Part shown: positions 39,006 through 48,332 of the stretch, piece after piece
Layout of the letters: each line of letters starts with the position of its first letter
Numbering within the stretch: position 1 is the first letter of the stretch
DNA from: Blastocatellia bacterium
Lineage (GTDB): Bacteria > Acidobacteriota > Blastocatellia > UBA7656
DNA: 64,000 bases
Reading direction: 5' to 3'
NCBI GenBank assembly: GCA_045807765.1
Contig: JBJMGU010000011.1
Coordinates: forward strand, 25,398 to 89,397
Notes under the pieces: generated by a model
Database searches by the model: none
Seen by the model: the letters and a program-made list of their open reading frames with translations, nothing else
Told to the model about the DNA's origin: nothing
Translations under genes and position numbers: made by a program

Positions 39006-39767
39006 TCATCCGCCTTTTGAAAGATCGCCGAGCCGATGCTGGATCAAGGTGACGGCGACAATGGCGGCGGTCTCGGTTCTCAGGATGCGCGGGCCAAGCG
39101 TGATCATTCGCGCGCCGCGCGCCGCCAGCAGGTCAAGCTCGCCGTCGGCCCAGCCGCCTTCAGGGCCGACCAGAACGATGACCTGCTGCGTGTGTTCCAT
39201 GTCACTGAGAGCATAGCTGACCGCCGCGCCGCCACGCTCGCTGAAGACCAGCAGCGCGGCGGCTTGTTCGTTTTGCGCAATGGCGGCGATGAAGTCAGCA
39301 AGCGTCACCGGTTGCCGTATATCAACCAGGCGGCGGCCCCCGGATTGTTTCAAGGCTTCAAGCGAAATGCGCCGCCAGCGTTCGGCGCGCTTCTCGGCGC
39401 GCTCGTCGCTCAACTTGACGTCGGCGTTTGCCGTGACGAGCGGCGCAATGGCGCGCACGCCAAGCTCTGTGGCTTTCTGCACAATCAGGTCGAACTTTTC
39501 GCCTTTCGCGAGCGCCTGTCCGAGCGTCAGGTCGAGCGATGATTCGATCTCGTTTGTAAGCCTTTCGACAATTTCAAGCTGCGCCTGCTGCGCGTGAACT
39601 ATGGCAACGCGGCAGCGGTACTCATGCCCGCAGCCGTCAAACGCAAATGCCTCGTCACCAGTGCGCAGCCGCAGCACACGCGCCAGATGATGGCTCTCTT
39701 CGCTTGAGAGTTGAATGATAGATTCGCCGATGACCGCAGGCGCGGCATAAAAGCGGCGGCGCTGCAT
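39006..39767 (-). CDS. rsmE: 16S rRNA (uracil1498-N3)-methyltransferase RsmE
   Basis: RsmE-family SPOUT fold (FYAAPAVIGESIIQLSSEESHHLARVLRLRTGD...QKATELGV). The start is probably MQRRRFY, overlapping the prmA stop. Confidence 0.85.
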   Translation of the reverse strand: MQRRRFYAAPAVIGESIIQLSSEESHHLARVLRLRTGDEAFAFDGCGHEYRCRVAIVHAQQAQLEIVERLTNEIESSLDLTLGQALAKGEKFDLIVQKATELGVRAIAPLVTANADVKLSDERAEKRAERWRRISLEALKQSGGRRLVDIRQPVTLADFIAAIAQNEQAAALLVFSERGGAAVSYALSDMEHTQQVIVLVGPEGGWADGELDLLAARGARMITLGPRILRTETAAIVAVTLIQHRLGDLSKGG

Positions 39768-40654
39768 CAGGCTTCTCCTCGCGCAGCGGCAATCGCCGTC
39801 CATTCGCCGGCGGTGCGCCGCTCGATGAGCCGCAGCCCCACGCCCTCAAGGGCCAGCTCAACGTCTGCGGCGAGCGTCGTCAGGATTCCCGAAAGAATCA
39901 TTCTGCCCGGCGTCGCCATACAATCGGCAAGGTCAGCCATCAACGCGATAATCACTTCGGCGGTGAGGTTGGCGACGACCACATCAAACGCGCCGAGCCT
40001 GTAGTCGGCTGGCTGGCCTTCGCGGATGGTAATCGTGTCAGCCGCCTGATTGATCTCGATGTTTTCGCGCGCCACGTCGACGGCGAGCGGGTCGATGTCA
40101 ATGGCAATGATGGCAGAGCTGAGTGCGAGCTTGCTTGCGGCAATCGCCAGAATGCCTGTTCCTGTGCCGACATCAAGCAAGCGCCCGCCGCGCCAGTAGA
40201 CTTCGAGCAGCTCAAGGCACATTCGCGTCGTTTCGTGGGTGCCGGTGCCGAATGCCATGCCCGGATCGATCTGAATGACAAGACGCTCGCTCGATTCGGG
40301 CAATTTCCATGATGGCGCAATCATCAGCCGCTCGCCGATATTGATAGCCGCGAAGCCCTCTTTCCACTTCTGCATCCAGTCCTGATCGGCGATGGTGGTG
40401 ATGGCAACGCTTGCAAGCGCCGACCGAATGCTGGCCCGCGCAAACGCCGCTTCGATGTCGCGGGCAATCGCTGCGGCGTCGGCTGCGGCGTCAAAGTAAG
40501 CGCCGAGCTTCACCGTGTCGTCGCTCTCTTCGAGCGTGATGACGCCGTTGGTGCCGGCCTCAAAGAGCAAGGCGCTGGCCATCTCTTCGGCGTCGCGCGC
40601 GATGGTCAGCGCCACTAGTTGCCAGGTTGTTTCAGTCGAGTCGTCGTTTGTCAT
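39767..40654 (-). CDS. prmA: Ribosomal protein L11 methyltransferase
   Basis: PrmA family with SAM-binding motif LDVGTGTGILAIAASKL. 295 aa. Confidence 0.85.
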   Translation of the reverse strand: MTNDDSTETTWQLVALTIARDAEEMASALLFEAGTNGVITLEESDDTVKLGAYFDAAADAAAIARDIEAAFARASIRSALASVAITTIADQDWMQKWKEGFAAINIGERLMIAPSWKLPESSERLVIQIDPGMAFGTGTHETTRMCLELLEVYWRGGRLLDVGTGTGILAIAASKLALSSAIIAIDIDPLAVDVARENIEINQAADTITIREGQPADYRLGAFDVVVANLTAEVIIALMADLADCMATPGRMILSGILTTLAADVELALEGVGLRLIERRTAGEWTAIAAARGEA

Positions 40655-40721
40655 GATGCTTCGTCGAAGCGATTATGACAGAACCGCGCTGCGCCACGCA
40701 TCCCGGCAGAATCGCAGCGAT

Positions 40722-40750
40722 AAAAAAAGCCCGCCACTTATGCGGCGGGC
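40722..40750 (-). terminator. Rho-independent terminator after era (reads GCCCGCCGCATAAGTGGCGGGCTTTTTTT on the minus strand)
   Basis: The GC-rich hairpin and a 7-T tract were read directly. Confidence 0.75.
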
Positions 40751-40779
40751 GGAGCGCGGGATGAATCAGTGAGCCGTGA

Positions 40780-41712
40780 CTAGCTTTGAATGCCAAGCTC
40801 GTCGAGAGTACGCTCGTCGTCGCGCCAGTGCTCGCGCACTTTGACGAACAGGCCGAGAAAAACATGGCGACCGAGCAGATGCTCAATGTCGTGACGCGCG
40901 CGGGTGCCGATCTCTTTCAGGAGCGCGCCGCCTCTGCCGATGATGATGGCGCGGTGCGACGGTCGCTCGACATAAATCAGGCAATGGATGCGCGTCACCT
41001 CTTCGCTCTCGTCCCATCTTTCAGTCACCACCGCCGTGACGTAAGGAAGCTCATCGCCGGTCGCTTCGAGAATCTTTTCGCGCACCAGCTCGGCGACGAT
41101 AGCGCGCTCGGGCTGGTCCGTCAGCTCGTCTTCGGGATAGAGCGGCGGCCCTTCGGGCAGGTACGGGAGTGCCTTCTCAATCAACAGCTCGACGCCGTCG
41201 CCGGTGAGCGCCGAGAGCGGAATGACTTCGGCGAACTCGCGCTCGCCTGTGTAAGCGGCGATGCGCGGCAGCAGGTGCGACTTGTCGGCGAGCGCATCCA
41301 CTTTGTTGAGGATCAAAAAGGCCGGCGTCGCGACCGGCTTCAGCATGTTCAGGACGAAGCGGTCGCCGGCGCCCATCGGCACCGAAGCGTCCACCATCAG
41401 CAGGATCAAATCAACCGTGGCGAGCGCGTCGCTGACGATGCTCATCATGCGGCGGTTGAGCCGATAGCCGGGCTTGTGAATGCCGGGCGTATCTAAAAAA
41501 ACGATCTGCCCCGTGGGCCGCGTCAGAACGCCGCTGATGCGCGTCCGCGTCGTCTGCGGCTTCGAGCTGACGATGGCGATCTTCTCGCCGATCAGGTGAT
41601 TGAGCAAAGTGGATTTGCCGGCGTTCGGGCGACCGATCAGCGCAACGACGCCCGATTTGTAGCCCGGTTTACTTTCGGAGGGTTGATTATCCTGGCTCTC
41701 CTGATTCGACAT
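40780..41712 (-). CDS. era: GTPase Era
   Basis: G1 GRPNAGKST, G3 DTPG and G4 NKVD motifs, plus a C-terminal KH domain (RAIIIGRGGALLKEIG). The start is at MSNQESQ; the ORF track extends upstream to 41781. Confidence 0.9.
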   Translation of the reverse strand: MSNQESQDNQPSESKPGYKSGVVALIGRPNAGKSTLLNHLIGEKIAIVSSKPQTTRTRISGVLTRPTGQIVFLDTPGIHKPGYRLNRRMMSIVSDALATVDLILLMVDASVPMGAGDRFVLNMLKPVATPAFLILNKVDALADKSHLLPRIAAYTGEREFAEVIPLSALTGDGVELLIEKALPYLPEGPPLYPEDELTDQPERAIVAELVREKILEATGDELPYVTAVVTERWDESEEVTRIHCLIYVERPSHRAIIIGRGGALLKEIGTRARHDIEHLLGRHVFLGLFVKVREHWRDDERTLDELGIQS

Positions 41713-41719
41713 AACTCGG

Positions 41720-43030
41720 CTATCCCTCGACCGGCTCGCGCCCCTGGATTTCAGTTTCACCGGCTGGCGTCGTGGCGTCAACCTCGCGCAGCCCGACGCG
41801 ATTGACGCGGTGCGCGTCGGCTTCGACGACTTCGAACTGGATGCCGGCGAAGTCGATCTTTTCGCCGGCTGCCGGCACGCGCCCCAGCTTACGGATCAGC
41901 AGCCCGGCGACGGTCGTAAAATCGTCAGCCTCGATCTCTTGGTGAAACAGCTCCTCGACCTTCTTGATCTCGGCGCTGCCATCGATCAGGTACGAGCCGT
42001 CTTCGTTGCGGATGATCTGGGTGTCGGCGGCGGCGCGGTCTTCGTCTTCGATCTCGCCGACGATCTCTTCGATGATGTCTTCGACCGTCACCAGTCCGGC
42101 GACTCCGCCGTACTCGTCAATGACGATGGCGATCTGCACGTTGGCCTTCTGCATGTCTTCGAGCAGGTCTTGAATCGTCTTGCTCTCCGGCACGCAATAG
42201 GCCGGGCGCATGCATTCGGTGACCGGGCGATTGATCTTTTCGTCTTCGCAAAAGGCGAGCAGGTCACGAACGTAGACGACGCCTTCGATGTTATCGATCT
42301 GCGCGCCGTAGACGGGAATGCGCGAATGCTTCGACTCAATGATGAGGCGGCGGGCCTCGGCGACTGTGGCCGTGGCTTCGATGGCCACCATCTGCAAGCG
42401 CGGGCGCATGATCTCAGAAACCAGTGTGTCGCGGAACTCGATGATCGACTGAATCAGCTCGCCTTCCGACTCTTCGATGATGCCTTCCTCTTCGCCGACA
42501 TCAAGGAAAGCCTGAATCTCGTCGAAGCTCTCTTCTTCGTCTGCTTCGGCGCTCGGCTCTTCTTCGGGCTCCGGCTTGCGCATGCGCTCAAGCAGCGCGG
42601 CGATGGGGCCGACAAAGATCGAGAAGAGGCGATAAAAGATTTTGAAGGGCGGCAGCAGTGCCCACAGCACGCCTTCGGGGTGATTGAGCGCAAGCAAGCG
42701 GGGCACGAACTGGCGGAACAGCACGATGACCAGAAAGACCGCGCCGAGCGTGAGCGGCACAACGCCGTGTGCCACGACGCTCGCCAGCATGTCGGCGACC
42801 ATGATGGCGATGGCGGCGATGGAAAGCTGCGTGCCGAGAATCAGCATCAGCTCGAAGCGCTGCCGATGTTCAAGCAACTCGTTGAAGAAGCGTCCGCGCC
42901 GCTGTGCTTCACGCTCGGCGGCCATCACCCGTCGCGCCACTTCGCTGAGCGATTCATAGGCGCTCTCGATGGTCGAAAGAAAGACCAGCACCACGAGCGC
43001 CGTGCCGGTCACAATTAACTCAGTCAACAT
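41720..43030 (-). CDS. corC: HlyC/CorC-family (CNNM-type) transporter: DUF21 membrane domain, CBS pair, CorC_HlyC domain
   Basis: 436 aa with an N-terminal 4-TM DUF21, tandem CBS domains and a C-terminal transporter-associated domain. Operon position ybeY-corC-era. Confidence 0.85.
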   Translation of the reverse strand: MLTELIVTGTALVVLVFLSTIESAYESLSEVARRVMAAEREAQRRGRFFNELLEHRQRFELMLILGTQLSIAAIAIMVADMLASVVAHGVVPLTLGAVFLVIVLFRQFVPRLLALNHPEGVLWALLPPFKIFYRLFSIFVGPIAALLERMRKPEPEEEPSAEADEEESFDEIQAFLDVGEEEGIIEESEGELIQSIIEFRDTLVSEIMRPRLQMVAIEATATVAEARRLIIESKHSRIPVYGAQIDNIEGVVYVRDLLAFCEDEKINRPVTECMRPAYCVPESKTIQDLLEDMQKANVQIAIVIDEYGGVAGLVTVEDIIEEIVGEIEDEDRAAADTQIIRNEDGSYLIDGSAEIKKVEELFHQEIEADDFTTVAGLLIRKLGRVPAAGEKIDFAGIQFEVVEADAHRVNRVGLREVDATTPAGETEIQGREPVEG

Positions 43031-43043
43031 AACGCTTCGCTCA

Positions 43044-43122
43044 GGGGCTGGGGATTAGGGACTAGGGGCTAGTAAGAAAGAAGCGTTGAACGGCTGCTTT
43101 CCCGCTAGTCCCCAGCCCCTAG
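43044..43122. repeat. Hairpin element, family D (tandem GGGGCTN/ CTAG units)
   Basis: ggggctggggattagggactaggggctag ... cgctagtccccagcccctag. The right arm contains the ybeY stop codon (TAG). Confidence 0.75.
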
Positions 43123-43557
43123 AATCTTCTTCCGCAGTCGCAACTCCAGCCGATTCATCTCACCGTCGTCGGTTTCGTGGTCGTAACCGCAAAGGTGGAG
43201 CGTACCGTGGATGACCAGCTCGCTCAGTTCGCGGGCGAGCCCGTGGCCGGCTTCCCTGGCCTGACGCTGCGCCGTGTCGGTGGCGATCACAATGTCGCCG
43301 AGAAAGTCGGCGCTTTCAGATAAGCTGAAGCCCGCCTCGTCCTGCGCGTTTGCGACCGGGAACGATAGCACGTCGGTTGCGTAACCTTTGCCTCGGAATT
43401 CCCGATTCATTTTGCGGATGGCGCGGTCGCGCACAAAGGCGACGGTGAGTGCTGCCCCGCGCCAGCCCATCCCTTCGAGCGCGGCGGCGGCGACCCGCGC
43501 GATCTGCTCTGCATCTATGGCGCAGAGGCGTTGTCGGTTGACGACTTCAATCGCCAC
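43105..43557 (-). CDS. ybeY: rRNA maturation endoribonuclease YbeY
   Basis: 150 aa with the metal-binding motif HGTLHLCGYDH. Confidence 0.9.
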   Translation of the reverse strand: MAIEVVNRQRLCAIDAEQIARVAAAALEGMGWRGAALTVAFVRDRAIRKMNREFRGKGYATDVLSFPVANAQDEAGFSLSESADFLGDIVIATDTAQRQAREAGHGLARELSELVIHGTLHLCGYDHETDDGEMNRLELRLRKKILGAGD

Positions 43558-45907
43558 TGGCTTCCTTCAACGGCGCGACGGGCAACGCTTCGCTGCGTGT
43601 CGCCGCCGCCACATCAGCGGGCGTCACCTGCGACAGCACGGCGGGCGCGCCGGCGCGGTTGAAATCATAGCCCGGATAGGCGATGCGGTGATGATGAATG
43701 CCCATCAAAACTTTGACGAAGCTGTCGGCGATCATCTTCAACTCGCGTTGCGTGATGTCGCATTCATCGAACTGGCCGTCGTCGCGGATGCGCCCGATGA
43801 TCATCTCGATCATGTTGCGCAGCTTCGATGGGTTCGGCTCCTGCACCGTGCGCGCGGCGGCTTCGACCGAGTCGGCGATCATGATGATGGCGGCTTCCCT
43901 GGTTTGCGGCTTCGGGCCGGGATAACGGAACTCGCGCTCAAGCGCTGCATTGTCCATATCGCCGATCTGCTTGCGCGCCTTGTAGTAAAAATATTTCATC
44001 AGCCCGGTGCCGTGGTGCTGCGGAATGATGGCGATAATGCGCGGCGGCAGCTTGTGCTTGCGGGCCAGATCAACACCTTGCTTGACATGGTTGACCAGCA
44101 CAATCGATGACATCTTCGGCGATAACTGATCGTGACGGTTCTCCATGTAGGTCTGGTTTTCGACGAAGTAGGTGGGGCGCACGCTCTTGCCGATGTCGTG
44201 ATAATAGCAAGCGACGCGCGCAAACAGCGCGTCTGCGCCGATGGCTTCGGCCCCGGCTTCGGCCAGCAGTCCGACCATAATCGAGTGGTGATAGGTTCCC
44301 GGCGCACGCTCGGCCAGTTGCTTCAACAACGGCAGGTTGAGGTTTGATAGCTCCAGCAGCTTGATGCTCGTGGTAATCTCAAACAACCACTCGAACAGCG
44401 GCAGCAACAGCGACGCCACCATCGTCGCCAGCACGCCGCCCATAAAGCCGCAGACGACGTCGAAAAGCACCAGCCAGAAGCGCGCTTCGTTGGCGCCCAG
44501 CAGGTCGAGCGCCAGCGCCGTCGTCGCGTTGACGCCGCCGATCCATAAGCCCGCCCAGACCAGCGCCGTGCGGTCGCGGCAATCTTTCAGGTAATAGATT
44601 GCTCCGGCGCTCGACATCAGCGTGAACGCCGCCAGGTAGACATTGCCCGAATACATGCCGACGAAGACGGTCAGAAGCGCAGAGAAGACGAAGGCCGCGT
44701 GGGCGTCCGTAAGAATCGTCACCAGCACCGCGCCGACCGCCATCGGCGCGAGGTACTTGTAAGCGATCGGCGAATTGAACGGTGCGGTTGTCGCCCAACT
44801 GCTCATCGCCGCCGCCACCGCAAAGTATATCCGCCCGAGGCCCAGCGTGATGACGAAGCAGGCGATTTGCAAAAGGAAGTGGCGGCGCACGCGCAGATGT
44901 TGGCGCTGATAACGAACAAGGTACTGCCACAGCACCAGCGTTAGCATCATGACAATGATCACTGTGCCGCCGAATTCCAGGGCGCGCTGACCGATGGGCC
45001 GCGTGCGCGCCGCTTCCGCGAGCAGCAAGGCTTTTGCCGGGCTGACCGTTTCGCCGCGCGCAACAATCGGCTCGCCTTTTTTGGCGACGACGACGACCGG
45101 CTTGATCTGTTCGCGCGCGGCATCGCGGCGGCGTTGCGTTTCGCTTTCGTTGTACTCGATGTTCGGGACGATGAGCGAGCCGAGGATTTCGCCCATCAGC
45201 TTGCGCTCGCGCGGCTCGTAATCGGCGGGCCAGATGAGCTTCTCCGAGCGCAGCGAGGCGCTCGCCGTGAGCTTGTCGTTAATGCTGCCGAGATCGCTAA
45301 CGACGGTCTCCTGATCGTTACGCACGTCGCGGCGCATAATGGCGACGGCGCCGAGGCGGCGGAACTGGCTGCGGCTGCTGATGATCGGCGACATCGCCAC
45401 AGATTCCAGATGCTCGATCATCAGTTGTTCGAGCTCTGGGCTGAAGCGGTGGCGGGCGAGCACGGCGATCTGCTCGGGCTCAAGTGCGATGCCGCTGCGC
45501 TCTTCGATCTGGCCGTGCAGGTCGTCTATCGAAACGCCAGCCCCGGCTTCGCGCCCGGCGGTGAATAGCTCTTGCAGGCTGGCGACAGCGTCGCGGGCGC
45601 CCTTGGGATTGAAGTCAAAGACCAGCAGCATGGAGGCGGCAGCCTGATCGCGCAGCCGCCGGGTCTCGGCGGTGTCTTCGATCTTCACGTCTTCGGGCGC
45701 AATGATGTCGGCGGCGGCGACGCTGCCGACGGGAAGCTGTTGGATGAGTGGCCGCTGATAATCTCTGAGCAGCAGCATCGACAGCGCGACGATGATAAAC
45801 AACCCGACGCTGGCATCAATGATCGCCTGATCGGAAAGGCCCGCCGAAAAGCGTTTGACGCCATTGACGACCTCGCGCGGCTTCGATCTGGAAGATGCCT
45901 TTCGCAT
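43547..45907 (-). CDS. pgpH: Membrane-anchored HD-domain phosphohydrolase of the PgpH/YqfF (7TM receptor with intracellular HD hydrolase) family
   Basis: 7TM region followed by an HD/HDIG domain (HHSIMVGLLAEAG...YYHDIGK...IIPQHHGT). The true start is probably MRKASSRS at 45905-45907, because the ORF-track N-terminal extension runs into IS sequence. Confidence 0.8.
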   Translation of the reverse strand: MRKASSRSKPREVVNGVKRFSAGLSDQAIIDASVGLFIIVALSMLLLRDYQRPLIQQLPVGSVAAADIIAPEDVKIEDTAETRRLRDQAAASMLLVFDFNPKGARDAVASLQELFTAGREAGAGVSIDDLHGQIEERSGIALEPEQIAVLARHRFSPELEQLMIEHLESVAMSPIISSRSQFRRLGAVAIMRRDVRNDQETVVSDLGSINDKLTASASLRSEKLIWPADYEPRERKLMGEILGSLIVPNIEYNESETQRRRDAAREQIKPVVVVAKKGEPIVARGETVSPAKALLLAEAARTRPIGQRALEFGGTVIIVMMLTLVLWQYLVRYQRQHLRVRRHFLLQIACFVITLGLGRIYFAVAAAMSSWATTAPFNSPIAYKYLAPMAVGAVLVTILTDAHAAFVFSALLTVFVGMYSGNVYLAAFTLMSSAGAIYYLKDCRDRTALVWAGLWIGGVNATTALALDLLGANEARFWLVLFDVVCGFMGGVLATMVASLLLPLFEWLFEITTSIKLLELSNLNLPLLKQLAERAPGTYHHSIMVGLLAEAGAEAIGADALFARVACYYHDIGKSVRPTYFVENQTYMENRHDQLSPKMSSIVLVNHVKQGVDLARKHKLPPRIIAIIPQHHGTGLMKYFYYKARKQIGDMDNAALEREFRYPGPKPQTREAAIIMIADSVEAAARTVQEPNPSKLRNMIEMIIGRIRDDGQFDECDITQRELKMIADSFVKVLMGIHHHRIAYPGYDFNRAGAPAVLSQVTPADVAAATRSEALPVAPLKEASGD

Positions 45908-45919
45908 AAAATGATGAAT

Positions 45920-46984
45920 AGACCTCGTGCGCAGTAAGAATGACGGAGGCCCCAGCCTCACTAGTGGAGCATCAATCACTCAGGCTGCTGCTTGCATCAG
46001 TCGCTCCTGCGTCCGTAGATTCGCCAACCCGCACACCGTGCGGCAGACTTGATCGTATGCTTTTTCTCGATGCCGATACTTGCTGCCCATCACTTGATAC
46101 TTCTTCACTCGCGAGATCGCATGCTCAACGACGATTCGCCGCTTCGCCAGTCGCCGATTCCGCCGCTTCTGGCTGGCCGTCAATGGATGATGCTTACTTG
46201 GCTTCTTCGGCAATTCCACGGCCCGTTGCGGATAATGTTTGGCCAAGCCCATATATCCCTTGTCGGCAGCAATCTGCCAGTCGTCGGGCAAGGCGGCCTC
46301 CACCCCGGAGCGGTGAAACAAACTCAGGTCGTGGGTCCGCCCACCGACGCTCTTCGACACATGGCCAATCCAGCCGTTGGCCAAGACCGTCATCTGCACC
46401 TTGCGCGTATGCCGCTTCTTCTTGCCCGAATAGCGATGCTTGCGCTTGGTCTTGTTTTGCGGGCGGTTTATGGGCTGTTCGGTGGCATCAACAATGACCT
46501 CGCGCAACTCTGGATATTGCTTGAAAAGCTCGTCCAGGCTGCCAATCTTACGGCGGCGCTGGGCGGCGGGCGGCTTAGGGGCCAAGTGTCGGCGGGGCTG
46601 GGCTGGCACGGGCAACTGTTGTTCAAGAAGCGGCAAGAGCGTGCGCAGGTTGCGGGAGATGTTACTGGCATCAAGGCCAAAGAGATAGCCGAGCAGATCG
46701 TTGGTCAAGTAAAGACGCAAAAAGACCAGGGTGAGCAGGGTGCGGTCAGGCAGCGACAAGCGGAAGCCGCAGCCGCCACCGACTTGGCGCTGACGGTCTG
46801 GGCGGGCCAGGCGCTGGGCATTGAACTGTGGGTAGGCCTTGTGCATCTGGCTAAGCAAGCGATCAAACTGCGAGATGGACAGGCCCGCAAAGCGGAGAAA
46901 GTGCGGCGGACGTTTACGGAGCTTTTCGACGTTGAGCATGATTTTGTCAGTATGCAATAAGTTCGCTTATTGCGCACGAGGTCT
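45920..46984 (-). mobile_element. IS5-family (IS4/IS5 superfamily) insertion sequence, about 1065 bp, 19/20-bp terminal inverted repeats (TAGACCTCGTGCGCAGTAAG / CTTATTGCGCACGAGGTCTA), 3-bp AAT target duplication
   Basis: The TIRs and flanking AAT direct repeats were read directly. A single transposase ORF spans the element. The inner right end has the palindrome GCAATAAG-ttcg-CTTATTGC. Confidence 0.8.
45980..46957 (-). CDS. IS5-family DDE transposase
   Basis: 325 aa. The C-terminal signature RRNRRLAKRRIVVEHAISRVKKY (Y-R-E-K region) is typical of IS5/IS4 DDE transposases. The protein is basic and includes GKKKRHTRK. Confidence 0.8.
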   Translation of the reverse strand: MHTDKIMLNVEKLRKRPPHFLRFAGLSISQFDRLLSQMHKAYPQFNAQRLARPDRQRQVGGGCGFRLSLPDRTLLTLVFLRLYLTNDLLGYLFGLDASNISRNLRTLLPLLEQQLPVPAQPRRHLAPKPPAAQRRRKIGSLDELFKQYPELREVIVDATEQPINRPQNKTKRKHRYSGKKKRHTRKVQMTVLANGWIGHVSKSVGGRTHDLSLFHRSGVEAALPDDWQIAADKGYMGLAKHYPQRAVELPKKPSKHHPLTASQKRRNRRLAKRRIVVEHAISRVKKYQVMGSKYRHREKAYDQVCRTVCGLANLRTQERLMQAAA

Positions 46985-46985
46985 A

Positions 46986-47078
46986 ATGATGAATGATGAA
47001 TGATGAACTGCCGGAGCTAGCGCCTATTGCGGTGCCACCCGTCTCCTTAATTCATCATTCATCATTTCTCATTCATCG
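46986..47078. repeat. Hairpin element, family A (tandem ATGATGA / TCATCAT arms), copy A2; the outermost part of the left arm is displaced to 45901-45919 by the IS insertion
   Basis: aatgatgaatgatgaatgatgaactgccggagctagcgcc...ttaattcatcattcatcatttctcattcatcg. The loop and arm are near-identical, in reverse orientation, to copy A3 at about 62826-62924. Confidence 0.85.
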
Positions 47079-47331
47079 TTTTTCCCAGATGCCGGCGGCG
47101 CACCACTGCTCGTCTACCTTTGATTCAGCGGCCATCTTCTTCACATCATCGCTCGGCAGCCGGCGGCCAAAGCGCTTCTCCCGGTCAGCAATCAAAAATG
47201 TCGTTGCCGCCACCGTCGCCACACAGGTCGCGTAATCGCGCGCGTCGGCCTGAGCGGTTTCGCCGAGCGAATACGCATGTACAGGTGGACGGAGAGAATC
47301 TTAGCGGCGTGCCGCTGCGCGAGGAGGATTC

Positions 47332-47586
47332 ATGCTCAACACGCCTTATCCTTACCTGCAAGCGTCGGGCAATCACCTGGTTGATATGCTCGAAACCTTA
47401 ATTGATATGTATGCCAATGCCGCCGCCATCATCGGCGCGGTGTTGTTGATCGTGCTCGTGTGGCTTTGCCTTTCCGAATTGCAGCGGTCATCAATAGCAA
47501 AGCGCGCCGGCGGCTCTTTAGCTAAGCGTCCGCCCGCCCCGCGACGATTAGGCGAGCGGCGCTGGCTTGAAGAATCTTCGACCTGA
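47332..47586 (+). CDS. Small hypothetical membrane protein (84 aa, one TM helix)
   Basis: Strong SD GAGGAGG 4 nt before the ATG. Has a hydrophobic segment AAAIIGAVLLIVLVWLCL. It lies upstream of the ECF-STK pair. Confidence 0.35.
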   Translation: MLNTPYPYLQASGNHLVDMLETLIDMYANAAAIIGAVLLIVLVWLCLSELQRSSIAKRAGGSLAKRPPAPRRLGERRWLEESST

Positions 47587-47675
47587 GCAGCGGGCGGCGG
47601 GTTGTTGACTTCGACCCGGCCAGTGAATATGCTCTGGCAGGCTCAAGCCCCCTACTCGACACCACCTGTGAGGAG

Positions 47676-48248
47676 ATGATGCCCACACGGTCGCCGGCTG
47701 ATATCACCCAACTGCTCGCCGACTGGCGCAATGGCGACCGCGGCGCGCTCGACCGCCTGACGCCGCTCGTCTATGACGAGCTCAGGCGGCTGGCGAACGG
47801 TTACCTGCGCGGCGAGCGCCGCAATCACACGCTACAGGGGACGGCGCTGGTTAACGAAGCTTACATACGGCTGCTCGGTCATGGGAATCAGGACTGGCAG
47901 AACCGCGCGCATTTCTTCGGCGTCGCGGCACGCTTGATGCGCGAAATTCTGGTTGACCACGCGCGCCGTCACAACGCGGCCAAGCGCGGCAGCGGCCAGT
48001 CGCCTGTGTCGCTCAGCGAGGCGGCCATCTTTTCGGTCGAGCGCGCCTCTGAACTGGTCGCCCTTGATGATGCTTTGCAGAGGCTTGCCGAGCTTGACCC
48101 GGAGCGCAGCCGCATCGTCGAGCTGCGTTACTTCGGCGGCTTGAGCATCGAAGAGATTGGCGAAGTCGAGCATATCTCTGTGGCCACCGTGCGCCGCCGA
48201 CTGCGCATGGCTGAAGCCTGGCTACACCGCGAGATGAATCAAACGTAA
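47676..48248 (+). CDS. ECF sigma factor of the Sigma70_ECF (PF07638-like, kinase-associated) type
   Basis: 190 aa with N-terminal ITQLLADWRNGDRGALDRLTPLVYDELRRLA and a C-terminal region 4 (RSRIVELRYFGGLSIEEIGEVEHISVATVRRRLRMAEAWL). A Ser/Thr kinase gene follows it. Confidence 0.8.
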   Translation: MMPTRSPADITQLLADWRNGDRGALDRLTPLVYDELRRLANGYLRGERRNHTLQGTALVNEAYIRLLGHGNQDWQNRAHFFGVAARLMREILVDHARRHNAAKRGSGQSPVSLSEAAIFSVERASELVALDDALQRLAELDPERSRIVELRYFGGLSIEEIGEVEHISVATVRRRLRMAEAWLHREMNQT

Positions 48249-48332
48249 TCCCAGAGCCGTTCCCAATTGCATTTGCCATGTAGGGCAATCTAACGGATTG
48301 CCCTACACCGGATTGAAAATCGCTATAAGCGC

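Noticed and set aside
45908-45979. ORF-track start of pgpH at 45979
   Set aside because: The first about 24 codons are encoded by the IS terminal repeat, so the host gene must begin at the ATG at 45905-45907.
46993-47235. ORFs beginning MMNDELPELAPIA... (46993..47235 and 62724..62915) and the N-terminal extension of the GT2 ORF (MMNCRSL...)
   Set aside because: These are translations of the family-A repeat arms (ATGATGA supplies ATG codons), so the shared N-termini are repeat artefacts, not paralogous proteins.
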